Positions 25,651-38,100 of a DNA stretch of 64,000 bases are shown here, piece after piece. The notes beneath the pieces were generated by a model. It was not told where the DNA came from, made no database searches, and was given only the letters and a program-made list of their open reading frames with translations. A program made the translations under genes and the position numbers. The stretch is taken from assembly GCF_963676685.1 (NCBI RefSeq), contig NC_092352.1:80228001-80292000 (forward strand), in the 5' to 3' direction. The stretch's first letter is position 1; every line of letters begins with the position of its first letter. Origin of the DNA: Mytilus edulis (lineage: Eukaryota).

Positions 25651-26714
25651 AATAAAATTGAGAATGGAAATGGGGAATGTGTCAAAGAGACAACAACCCG
25701 CCCAAATAAAAAACAACAGCAGAGGGTCACCAACAGGTCTTCAATGTAGCGAGAAATTCCCGCACCCGGAGGCGTCCTTCAGCTGGCCCCTAAACAAATA
25801 TATACTAGTCCAGTGATAATGAACGCCATACTAATTTCCAAATTGTACACAAGAAACTAAAATTAAAATAATACAAGACTAACAAAGGCCAGAGGCTCCT
25901 GACTTGGGACAGGCGCAAAAATGCGGCGGGGTTAAACATGTGTGTGAGATCTCAACCCTCCCCCTATACCTCTAACCAATGTAGTAAAGTAAACGCATAA
26001 CAATACGCACATTAAAATTCAGTTCAAGAGAAATCCGAGTCTGATGTCAGAAGATGTAACCAAAGAAAATAAACAAAATGACAATAATACATAAATAACA
26101 ACAGACTACTAGCAGTTAACTGACATGCCAGCTCCAGACTTCAACTAAACTGACTGAAAGATTATGATTTCATCATATGAACATCAGGCACAATCCTTCC
26201 CGTTAGGGGTTTAGTATCATACCATCATAACATATATGAGAAGAACATAACCCGTGTCATGCCAACAACTGTTTTTAGAATAAATGTGTTTAGTTCCGAT
26301 GCAAAGACCTTATCAATGACTCAATATTAACGCCAAAATATGCAATCTTTAATGACTTGACAACAGTATCGTAATTATATCCCTTCTTAATAAGTCTATT
26401 CAAAGGTTTTGTAAGTTTCTGAGGTGAATACTGACACCTTTGTGCTTTATAAAGAATATTACCATAAAAAATTGGATGTGAAATACCTGAACGTATTAAA
26501 AGTCTGCATGTTGAGCTATATTTACGAATAATGTCTTTATACCGATGATAAAATTTAGTAAAAGTTTTGACTAGTTTGTGATATCGAAAACCCTGGTGTA
26601 ATAATTTTTCAGTAATACATAAATTTCTCTCGTTAAAATCTAAAACATTGTTACATACACGAGCGAATCGTACAAGTTGAGATATATAAACACCGTAAGA
26701 TGGTGACAAGGGAA
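25651..26714 (-). mobile_element. Young 5'-truncated PLE (Naiad-type, family C): intact RT C-terminus plus 3' UTR
   Basis: ORF 26290-26709 SPSYGVYISQLVRFARVC..KLLHQGFRYHKLVKTFTKFY is homologous to the family A and B C-termini. The element is absent from the paralogous site at ~20290. Confidence 0.9.
25889..25975 (-). ncRNA. Type-P5 twister ribozyme, apparently intact; predicted cleavage U^A between 25934 and 25933
   Basis: Reads UUAGAGGU AUA GGGG G A GGG [UUGAGAUCUCACACACAUGUU] U^A A CCCC GC CGCA UUUU UGCG CCUG U CCC AA GU CAGG A GCCUCUGG. It maps position by position onto the O. sativa twister core. P2, P3, P4, P5, T1 and T2 can all form. Confidence 0.85.
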
Positions 26715-27014
26715 TAGTTTATCGTATCGACATTTATAGATAAAACGGCAGTTTAAGGATGAATAACGTAAATTCAAGTTTGGGAACATAACTCTAAAAT
26801 CAATTCGACTTTTGTGTCAATTCCTTTCGTCAAGATACTCTAGTCTTTGAATGTTATATGCAACTAATTTCTTGAAATTATTAGGATAAGGAAATTAACC
26901 AATCTATGCATTAAATTTTCTGGAAACCCTTAACTTTTATCAATCAAATTATTAAGATATTTGCTATGTATAAATGTATAACAAATTCATCAGAGATACC
27001 AGGATTATAATGTG

Positions 27015-27056
27015 TCCAAGACGCGCGTTTCGTCTACAAAGACTCATCAGTGACGC
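27015..27056 (-). ncRNA. Type I hammerhead ribozyme with intact catalytic core, in a retrozyme-like repeat fragment (26985-27115)
   Basis: GCGUCA CUGAUGA GUCU UUGU AGAC GAAA CGCGCG UC^UUGGAC. Palindromic stem III (ACGCGCGU). Stem I is partly disrupted. Confidence 0.8.
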
Positions 27057-29709
27057 TCAAATAAAAAAAAAGTATAAAAAGGCAATTAAAAATACAAGGT
27101 GAGGAACATTGAGTTAAGATATTGTTTTGCAGATGGTGACTTTAAAGTCAATATAACCTTGCTATAATAATTACTATAATAATTGTTATTACATATGTCC
27201 GTAAATGTCCTCCCTGAACCGAACATCGAGTCTGATATTAGTACTGGTATCATAATATATAAGACAACTGTATTGATCACATAACGCATTGTGATTAATA
27301 TTCATTCAATTTAAGCTTTCAAAAGTATTTAGATAGATTAAGCACTGTGATATATAGTTTTTTTACGTTTGCATTATGTTTTTAATTTACGGTTCAAATT
27401 GGTTTTGTGAATGTTTTTAATAAGTAAACACTGTCTGGTGCTTTAATGCGTAATGTTTTGCTAGCAAGACGAACGTTTGAAAGAAGAAATAATCCATTTT
27501 TAATAAAATAAGAGATAATATCAGTTTATATATTGTCTCTTCGAAATTATCATTCGCCAGTAGTAAATATTGCATACGCATATGTTTGAAAAGTTTTTCG
27601 TTTACAAAATGGTTAATACAGGTTATTCTGAAGTTAAATTGAGGGTCATAACATGTACCTTTTTTTCCTGGGTTTTTTTAAGTTCATTATCAGTTTTTCA
27701 AATATGTTGTGCATGTCTTTTACAAAGTGCAAAAGCTATTCATAAATGCATATTATCAGGTGCAAGCTGAAACCCGTCTCCGTGGGCGGGATTTTCATGG
27801 TTGGCCTTCTGCTCTTTGGTCGGGTTGTTGTCACCTTGACACATTCCCCATTTCCATTCTAAATTGTTTTCGTCCATGTTCATAATTAAATTGTACAATG
27901 GCACTAACCGATGAATGAGTGGTTTGCTCACAAGCTAGGATCTGATAACACACCGTTCATACTTAGGGTTATCTTATATTAGTCAATGAACGTCCTCCCT
28001 TGAAATTTTTGAAGTTGTGTATCATTTAACAAAACCATTGGTATCAGAAAGGTCTTTAAAACAGAACTAGAATGGAGTATTGTCAAATACATGTAAGCAA
28101 AGTGTGGACATAGTATTTGTATTTCATCTGATTTTGATGTAAATGAACTATTCATTAATTCCTTAAATCAAATCACTGCTGATGTACTTTTTCACTCTCT
28201 ATGTATTTCAGTAGGATAACATACGAAAAAAACTATGTTCCTATATTGGACTTGATATACCAGTTTTCATTAATATACAAAAGAAACTTCTAAACGGAAA
28301 ATATACCAAAAAGGGAAGAAATGAAATCATACAAGACATTATTAAAATTATCGATCAAACCTAAACACACCAGGAAGCACATGCCATGATACCAATGTTT
28401 AAATCTATATTAATGACTAATTATTGTAAGCTGAATGGGGAATACAGATGTCTTTAAGGTCGGAATGAAATCCCGTCTTCTATATGTATGTGCCTGTCAA
28501 ATGCCAGGTTACCGTATGTCTTATATTTATGACATATTTTTGTTTATTTAAAGAATAAGGTTCTGATGGTAATTCGTTGATCGTATTTAAATTCCTCATT
28601 TTTTTAGACTCGAGACGATTGACACCATAGTGGTCTTTATTTATGTATATCGTAGGGTTGCTTTTTGCAATGAATTTCGAAAAACATTTTTTTTTCTTTA
28701 GGAACCAAATGGTTGATAATGTCAGAAAAGTATAGTTACCTGGATGTTTTTCGCTAAGGTAAGATATATGTCTAAGAGATATGCAGTGGAATTAAAACTT
28801 TTTCGACTCCACGTGTAATGTAAGGAGTGTGTAATACTTTCTGTTAAAAAAAAACTCACACAAACTCACACAATCTCCGGATCCTTGGTGGTAAATAGCC
28901 ATGCAAAATTACTTGTCCAATCCAGCATGCGTTCTTGTTTTAACCATGCTGGTACAACAAGTGCAGAACAATTAGCCATATCTAAGTCATGGCAGTATGC
29001 CCACTTACTTATCGAATTTGTTGTCAATTTGTATTAGTTCTGAATATGCATGATTGTTGTCCGCTAAAGAGACAACAACAATCAATCAACACATGTTCAT
29101 ACATTATTTCAGCTTAAAAATTATAGCCGCTTTTAGTTGCTTTTTGTTTTTTGTAATTGAAACAGTAACATTATTTTGACGAGTATTATACTAGGGATCC
29201 CGAATATCATACGTTTAACCGTTTTGACCTGTTTTTGTTTTGTTATTTTTTGTATGCAGTAAAAAAACACTTTATACTAATGAACGCATAGTATTTTAAA
29301 GTTTCGTGACATTATATTTATACGGCTGTTGTTCATATCACCAAAGTATAGAAAGGAGAGGCCGTACAAATCACAACTATCCACAAAAATTTTAAAAAAG
29401 ACGTGCATTTAATAAAGCGACTGTAGGTCACTTTACAAACTTCAACAATGAGAAACAACCAATACCGTGAATATATAAAATGCCCTTACATGACAGATGT
29501 AAAATAATTCAAACTTAAAAATAAATAAAAATAAAAAACAATGACCTGATTTATTCATGACAAAAACAAGGGAAAAACAAATATAACAATAATGTTCTTT
29601 TTCAGTGTGTTGTGTTATGTTTCTTTTTCCTTTGCTTTACATTTTCCCAAAGTCTTTAGTTTGTTCGTTTAAAGTCTTGGGGTTTGAATGATCTTTAACT
29701 ATTACAGTT

Positions 29710-30240
29710 TTACCCCCGAGAAAAGATTGCCTTGGCCTTTTTGGGCACATTTTCTTTTAAATTCAGTTTTAATGCACTTTAACTTTGTATTTGACCTTCC
29801 AACTGTTTTGGTTCGATTGTTCCCTGTTACGTTTTAAGTAGACGAAACTCGCCTCTATCGTTCACAATTATAAGCCTGATATCTATGATGAATTAAATCA
29901 ATCACTGTTGTTCGGCGTTTTGTACACGAGGTTATCAGCAGCCCAATATTCATCACGTATGTGTTGACATGCATCATCAATGATATGTTACTGTAATATC
30001 TACTGTTAAAATGTTCAATTAATCTAAACAATAAGTTTTTTTTTTTTCTACTTCCAAGTCTAAATGGCCTTAGCCTTATTTGGTATAATGGAATTTATGG
30101 GTTTTTTTTTAATGCCTATCAACTTCGTATTTGATTCGGCCTTCGACCTATTTTATTTCAATCGCCACATAAGTCTTTTGTAGACGAAACGCGCGTCTGA
30201 TGTACAAGATATAAGCCTTGTAACGTTTATGAGTCATTTT
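29710..30240 (+). mobile_element. Decayed tandem retrozyme-like repeat (~1.5 units, 342-bp period) with two hammerhead remnants
   Basis: GTAGACGAAAC at 29838 and 30180. The second copy reads AGTCTTTTGTAGACGAAACGCGCGTCTGA. CUGAUGA is lost in both. Confidence 0.75.
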
Positions 30241-31596
30241 CTACCAACTTCACTTCCCTTAAAACGAATTCTACATTTTAAAATAATCGTTTGATAACCT
30301 GGACAGAGATTGTTCCATGTTTTCTTCAGTTTTGAAAATTCATTATTTCGTGTTTTTGAATGATATATTCAAATATTTTGTCCGTCTGAAATTTATTATT
30401 TATATATTTATGCTATACCAAGTTGTGTGTGTATCAATGTATAAGACGTCATAATCGCCCACTCTATTGTGAATCTCATATTCAATATAGTTTGTAAAGG
30501 CATATCAATGTCCGTTTTTATTTTGCTAATAAAACATACATGGCAGAATTATAACACAATGCATTTGACGTAGAAACAGACTTTAAAAAAGCGCGCGCTG
30601 ATAGAAGCTGCTTAAGTTCTAGGGAGTAAAATTGTCAATGAGAAACAGTGCATATGTTCTCGTATAAGATTATAACCTGTTAAATCATATATAAGAATTG
30701 AAGCTGTAATTGATATTTCCGACAAACCAACTGATAAGCTACACTATTAGATATGTATTGTATAATTACCTAAAATAGACATACGTTCATCCCAAATCTT
30801 TTTCATCACATAAACAAACTACCTTAGAAGGCATACAATTTGTATTTGATTTCCTATTTACTACTTTGTTGGTATCGTTGTCACTGTTAAGAAACGTAAC
30901 TAACATTGTCAGAAGAAGGATAAAACGTCACTTATAATGGAAACTTCGCTTTGATTATATACTAATGTTTTTTCCTAATAGCATTCCTTGTCCGAGTCTA
31001 TTAATACTTTTTTATGAGCAGTATTATGCCTTTACTTAAGGGATAGCTAAAACAATTCAAAAACAACTAAATGTATTCTAAAAAGAAATGCAAATCTGAT
31101 GCAGTAAAAATGTTACCGTTAAAATTAAAGTTGCACAACTTTCACAATTATAACATTATTCTACAAAGTTGAAAATTTGGAACTTTTTTTCGTGTCTATT
31201 TTATAGCATATATGTTGAGTGTGTTCAACAAAATATGGTTAACTTACTGTAACAGGATAAAATGTGATACAAGCTTCTATAAACCAATCAAATCACGAGG
31301 CAACTAACAAATTGATAACTGAAAAATCCTTTCGATTTCTTTCAATAATGTTCTTTAATTATTCCCGCTTAACAATTTTATCTTTACAGTAACATCAAAC
31401 CCTGTAAATAAGTTAATCGTAGTTATCTTCAATGTTCGAGTAGCCTGTAGTTAAGTGTTAAAGGTTTTTTTCAATTGTGCTCTAGTCAGGATATTGATAT
31501 CTCTTTTGAAACAATTCACATTTTGTCGTCCCGGTTTTTCTAAAACTTTTTTTATGGTATTGGTTATGCTATTTGCTAATCACCATACGATGACCT

Positions 31597-32320
31597 GAAA
31601 AATGTAAAATAACCAAAACACTGAACTCCAAGGAAGCGGAGTGTCCTTTATCAAATGGCAAAATCAAAAGTTTACACACATCAACCAAATGGAAAACAAC
31701 TGTCATATTCTTGACTTGATACATTCATTTTCTTATGTAAAACTATTGTGGATTAAACCTTGTTTTATAGCTAGCCAAACCTCTCACTGGTACAACAGTC
31801 GCATCAAATTCCATTATATTGACAACAATGTGTGAAAAAAAACCCAAACATAATAGGTTAAAATGTCGAAATAGGAGTACAAGAGTCAACATTGTGTAAT
31901 AAACTTAATCACTATAAAACAAACAAATATGTGAACAAAACAATGGCATATATACAAAGCACATACGCAACAATGAAAGACAAGATTACAAAAAATGTCC
32001 GCAGAACAACAAGACATTGGCGGGATGCATAAATACCGAGTCAGTCAAATGGATATTGCCAAAAAAATGAATTAACAGTAAAGATTCACAAAGACAAATA
32101 AGACATCACTATAACACATAATTAAGACGATAAACTACGTTAGTACTTAAAATCTATACTTCAAGACCATCATGTATTATTTGTGAGGTTGATACGGAAT
32201 ATTTGTCCACAATTTTTTGGTATCTTCCGCTGGCCTTTTTTTAGAAAAAGGACCAGACGATCTTTGACATAACACTGGTTCATCATCATTCTGCTCAGAC
32301 ACTGGTGGCGTTTGTAAGGT
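31597..32320 (-). mobile_element. PLE family D 3' fragment (RT C-terminus plus UTR); shorter family D pieces at ~7195-7300, 20120-20255, 25478-25615, 35160-35270, 38340-38620, 47885-48330
   Basis: Minus strand translates KRHQCLSRMMMNQCYVKDRLVLFLKK, then after a frameshift GRYQKIVDKYSVSTSQIIHDGLEV*, homologous to family A RKLLNQ..GRHHELVDRYGI.VSQM. Confidence 0.75.
31698..31800 (-). ncRNA. Decayed type-P5 twister motif (PLE family D)
   Basis: ACUGU..GUGA G A GGU UUGGCUAGCUAU AAAACAAGGUU UAA UCC AC..UAUCAAGUCAAGAA..ACAGU. P4 is disrupted. Confidence 0.55.
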
Positions 32321-33390
32321 TTCACATCCTTGTTGGCCTTAAACTTTGGTAAATAATTTTCACAGTGGCAATCAATATCTCTTTATTTCTTATATCTTTT
32401 GCTTGATCAATACATATTATTATTATTATGGTTATAGTATAACGACAATTGTGTCAGTAAAACGTTGCTAAAATGTCCTTGCAACATCGCCCAAAACACA
32501 TATCATTAACACTACAATATTACATGTATCGAATCGGTAGGTTTCTTAACAAACACTGTACTGTTCAAATGATAATTGTATAATTATCGACATGGAATAT
32601 CGAACAAAATAAATGCTTGTTCAAAATATAAAACAAAGTATATTGCAGAACTAGCACTTCCATCATGTCAATATATGTGTGCAGATACAACAATGGGTAC
32701 TTTCCAACATTGTAGACCATGAGTATTTTTTTGTTTGTATTTATCTTGTATTGCTGATAATTTTGTCAGTATAGTTTCACGAGATCTAGTCATGTTTATA
32801 GCAAATAAAAAAACATTATTATTGCAGCAACCCCTATAAGTGACCTGACAATTTTGATATTAGTGACCTGTTTGTTGACCAGTCTTGGTGATAACTTTCA
32901 ACAGTTTATCTCTCTTTTCTAATTAAATTGTTTTCAAAAATCCTAAAAACAATTTCAGTCATTTATTAAATATTGTATTTATCTTTCTTGTATTGCTGAT
33001 CATTTGTACTTTTGAAAATATCTCTTTTCATTTTAGATTATATAGATCAAAGATAATAGGCAATATTAAAAAGATTTTGGTAATTATTTTAGGGTAATAA
33101 CTCCTATTATAAGTCGTCTGACAGTTTTGTTGTAAAGAACAATAGGTTGATTTCAACAATCCTACATTTAAGCTTAATTCAGATTATAGCGGGGTTTTTT
33201 CTACAGTTCAATTTTCAGTCATGTCGGCTGTGTTTGCTGAAAAAAAGAAAAGCAAACATATCGAACTGCAAGGAAAATAAAAAAAAAGGGAAATCCTTAA
33301 AAACTCAAATCAAACGGTAATAATCATATTAAACTGCACTAATCATGGCTTGCTACAGGCATGATCATCGAAGCATTTTTATTTAAAATC

Positions 33391-33846
33391 AAAGAATTTG
33401 TGTGAGCATGCTCACATTCCCCACGCCCCCACATTGTCACTGGGCAAATACAAATTGTATTTTAGTTCAAATGCTCATAAATCCCGCAATTAGTGAAATG
33501 ATATTTTTTGTCTGTAAATATGTACATCTGTATAGTATTTCCTATCTTTCTACAAAGTTATATTCGAATTTGTGGTTTCACAGGAATCACGATTACAAAC
33601 TGTTGCAGTAGTATATCAAGGCCAAAGTTCTAAGTTCAAAGAAGCATAACTTCGAGTAAAAAATTCCTGTTTGTATGCACATCCACATAGTGTGTTCTTG
33701 TTGTATACAAAGTATCATGAATTATGTTGTGTGGGGTTTCAAAGAAGTTGCGATAACAAGAACAGGACTGACGGACGGACTGACTGACTGACAGACGGAC
33801 AAATCAAAAACATTTTCTCTACGGAATTTTTTTCCGTGTGGTATAA
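33391..33846 (-). mobile_element. Helentron-associated non-autonomous element (HINE-like)
   Basis: Terminal palindrome TGTGAGCATGCTCACA (33401-33416), about two ~165-bp internal repeats, (GACT/GACG)n microsatellite, subterminal inverted repeat ACGGAA..TTCCGT. Same family as 50915-51348. Confidence 0.75.
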
Positions 33847-33965
33847 CCAAGCTTTAGGATTAAACTGTCAATGTTTTGAAGGTGTTTTACGAATGTAGTG
33901 ACTTTCATTTGTACTTAAAGAAAAAAAAACAGTAAATTTTGTACCACTTTTGTTGTTATGTATAA

Positions 33966-34475
33966 TGTTCCGGACCATACGCGTATGGTCATGACCTCAT
34001 GAGTACACCCCTACTCTAAAATTTGGACCATATGAGTATTAATTACTCGTCTGGTTGTTAACGGCCCGATCCATATGAGTATTTAGACTTTATAGGTATT
34101 TGACTTTATTGATCTGTTCCTGCTCTAATGCATACGAACTTAGAATACAAGTAGTTTATACATGCTGCTGCCATTAGACCATAGAATGACAGTAATTTAT
34201 ACGTGATGTACATCTTTTCCTATTTTCCACATAAAAATGAAGGAATAACACGTATACACCTCTATTATAGTAAGATAGTATAAATAGTTGACGTCTTATG
34301 AAATGGTTCATTACGACATTGCCTTTAGTTATTTTCCAAAGTCGACATATTACTTTTTCTACGTAAAAACTGATAATGAAAAAAAAATTACTTTAACTAA
34401 TGAGTAAATGTCACTTTGCTTTATTATTTATCAACGTTCATCATATTGGTTACACGGACCATACGGTCTGGAACA
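33966..34475. mobile_element. Non-autonomous TIR element with TGT...ACA ends in a TA-rich site
   Basis: TGTTCCGGACCATACGCGTATGGTC and GGACCATACGGTCTGGAACA. Internal CCATATGAGTATT repeats. Confidence 0.65.
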
Positions 34476-35020
34476 TATATATATAGTTACATATAAATTA
34501 TAAGTATTTCAGGTACTAGATTAATAAAAAAAAACAATCAATTGGTTTCGCTGTGTCATCTCAATATCAATGTATTTTTTAGATTAATTGAACGCTGGAA
34601 ATTAAGCAGCGTCAGTAATGAAAAGACTAATATTAATAATATACTTTCTTTTTTTTGTACCTATTTCTGGACAGAATCAAAATATGTGGTCTTTTTATTT
34701 ATATTGGAGCAATTGCGATTAGGATTTTTTTATTCGTTCAACTGTTGATCTAAATTTACATAATTGATTATTAGCAAAAGTTATTCACACCATAACGTAA
34801 ACATGTTATAAAGAAACTAACCATTCAACGACCCTGACATAAACCTAATTGACAAGTAGCATTCCTAGATGACTAAAATAAATGATTTGTTCACAGTTGT
34901 TTGTGATGTCGTCCATTGATCAAGTGTCTTATAAAAGACGCAACGATATCAATAACAGAATACAAGATATAATTGTTAAAAGGAAGAAATGATGTATAAA
35001 TAGTTTTATCATTGTACTTA

Positions 35021-35150
35021 TATTGCTAAAATTCTTCATTTTGTATTATACTATTACAAATCTTCATTCTGAATCATATTGTTAAAATTCTCCATTCTGA
35101 ATTATATTGTTTTTATTTCAGTTATGTAGCCAGAAGTATTATATTGTTTT
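35021..35150. repeat. Degenerate ~28-bp minisatellite (3-4 copies)
   Basis: Repeats of ATTGTTAAAATTCTYCATTCTGAATYAT. Confidence 0.55.
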
Positions 35151-38100
35151 TATTATGTTTGACAGTTGTTATCCATTCGTTCGATGTGTTTGAGCTTTTG
35201 GCATCTGATTAGGGACTTTCCGTTTTGTATTTTCCTCGGAGTTTGGTATTTTATTTATTTTACTTTTTTTCCAATGCAAAACAATATTGGCATGTACAAC
35301 AAACAATATTGTTTACAAACCGGTTATGACAAAAGTTTCATATTCATGTTTGCCGAGCCATTACTCCTACCAAAAAATTGGACGCTGCTATTATTTAAGT
35401 ATTCAACTATTCTGAACTAGTTACTCGGTAAAGTGGTGATCTCACCATGGAGGTTCATAGATTAAAAAATGACATGGTATGGTTATCTCGTTATAAAGTA
35501 CATGACATAAAAATCGACAATTTGTATTCATTTTGTGAAGCTACACAAAGTAGAAGATAACTGTATGTCAAGGTCATTCAAATTATCTAACCTTTTGTGA
35601 AATTCATGTTTTAATGGAACATTAAGGAAAAAACGACAAATCTTGTTTGCTGTAATTTTTACATAGCTGTCTTTGCTAATGCATATACAGTGTCGATGAA
35701 GTGCTTTTTCTGCCAAAAGTTCTCTGTTGTTGGATATACGCAACAATTACACGTGTACCTCCGCCAAATATTCTGTTTTATAAATACTAGATTTTGTAAA
35801 CATTTAATTTATTCTTTTTTATTCTTTTTCTTTACTTCTCTTCATCAGGAAATGTTAAATTGAATAAAGTGGAACCAAAATATTGAAATCCTATTTGAAA
35901 GTAGTGCATTGACACGCGACAGTGTACAGGAAATTAAAACAGTGAATATCATCACAAGTTACATCGAATGTATTGTTGCTTAATACTTTAAAACGTATAT
36001 TATAGCTGTTTTTCAAATGAGTTATGAAATTGAAAAAAATAGTCTTGAAGGTACAGAAAGAAGTTATTAACGGATGGTCTGACACTATTGGTATTCGAGA
36101 CCTGATCGGTGAAAAGTGTGTCATATTATCACATATTATTAAACGATGATAGTCTAAAGTAATACATTTATTATTACGAATTCCATTTAATATACGAGAT
36201 TGATACATATAGCTCTGTTCACTGCGTTAATTGATTATGACCGATATGCGATTATTAGATATGCATTTGTTAACAGTAATTTGTTTAACTATCACATTAC
36301 AAAAAGTATGTGTCTAAAACAAGTACAACAATTTCAACCAAAACACAAGTATATAACGTCAAGATAGTAGGCGTAACCCTCGGAGCATGGTAAATTTAAA
36401 GTATCAATTTGCGTGTTACTCTCGCTTTGTACTGTGTGTGATGCTGAAATAACGAGTATCAATTAACGTGTACCCGACAGAAATAATTTAAGAGAGAAAA
36501 ATATTCGGTAAAAATTGACGGTATCGCGTGTCAATTCTATCAAGGATATTCGAATATACTCTTCTGCGTCTAATATGTCCCATGAACAATTATATAGTTA
36601 GGCTATTTCATGAGACATTTTCCTTTCACAGTCTCCTATTCGTTACATTCAGAACGTTGCTTTTTCTCTGTTGAGAAGGATTTTGTATGATATTGCTTCA
36701 TATTCCTACTACTAATGACTGGAACCATGCAATTATCAATCTGATGATTTATCCACGCTCTGTGTACTGCTACCAATGGCTTGTATGGAAGGCATGGACA
36801 CATAATCTATATTGTAGAGGTAATTAGTGTAAGGATTTATATTAATGAACTATATTAATATAGAAAACCTAAATGAAAGTAACCGAAAATATATAAAAAA
36901 AAAAACCTGTCTTTTTCTCTAAACACGTAAAACTCACAACAACAACAAAATAGCTACTCAAAAACAAAAGCTGATGCTATTGTTAGAAATGTACCAACGG
37001 GATGATAAATTGGCTGTCACAATCTATTGGAACTGTCATTTTCAGCAAAAAATAGTAATGTGAGAACAAATTTGTTACTGTAATAAGAAGTATTAATTTG
37101 AAAGCAGAAGGCAACAGCTGTGTGACAAATTTTGTCGTGTCCCAATAACATCATTCCAAAGTTCATTATTCTGTTTTTTTTTAAACACTTGTCATTCTAC
37201 TTAAATTATAAATTTTCTTGTTTTACTATTTGAATATTTATTATGTATTAAATCCGTTTACATCTAAAGTGTTGTATTCCAGGATTTAAGGATAAAAGCC
37301 AAATATTAATATTATCATGTTATTTTTTATCACGCTTCTGTATATTGAAATAGTTCTTTTTTTTAATTGTGGAATTGTCCTCTAATACAGTTTGTTAGCA
37401 AACCAAATCATATTCATTAGATATACTATGCATTAAAATCAATATCAAAACTGTTAGTTATTGTGCAAAATAATTCAAAATGAATAAACGAATAAATTAT
37501 TTGAACAGGATGCTGCTATAAAGTCTCCCAAACAAAGCCCCCATAAATATATATACCTCTGGGGATTCATCCAACACATGCTACAATGTATATTTCATTC
37601 AATTCATCTCGACATGTAAAACAAGGAAATCATATGATTGAGGGTTACGATCTCTACCGTTTATAAAATAACTGAATATAGTAAAATTGTGGACGACTCA
37701 CGGACTTTGTTGATATATAAAAAAAAAAATATTCAGTTTCAGTTTAGAGCTTGGGATCTGATACTTTAACGTTCTCATTTGAAAGGCAGAGCCATATCAA
37801 CATACCATAATTTTCCAGTTACAGCTGGAATTTCGGACCTTTATTAAGGCAACAACATGATAACCGAACCATGTTTTTTTAACATGATGCAATGAATCAC
37901 GAGCATTCGGCGGTTGAATTTGATATAAGTGTTTGAAAATCTAATGAAAAAGATTTCCGACGTATAGCAATGGTAATGTCAAACACAATGTCACAACTGT
38001 GCATTCTTACTAATTTGACAATTAGTTCTTCGGATAATATTGGCCATATTGCACAATCATACTTTTCTGTTGGATTTGTATCTGACCTATATATATATTT

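Larger units (their letters stand above)
16610..29783. repeat. Tandem segmental triplication, ~4.2 kb core unit, with copy-specific TE insertions
   Basis: Anchor TTTGAAAAG at 16928, 22322 and 27585. Offsets 5394 and 5263 become 4200 and 4199 after subtracting the MULE-like (1194 bp) and PLE-C (~1064 bp) insertions. GTACATAGTCACGTCGTC recurs near 16660, 19973 and 25351. Confidence 0.92.
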
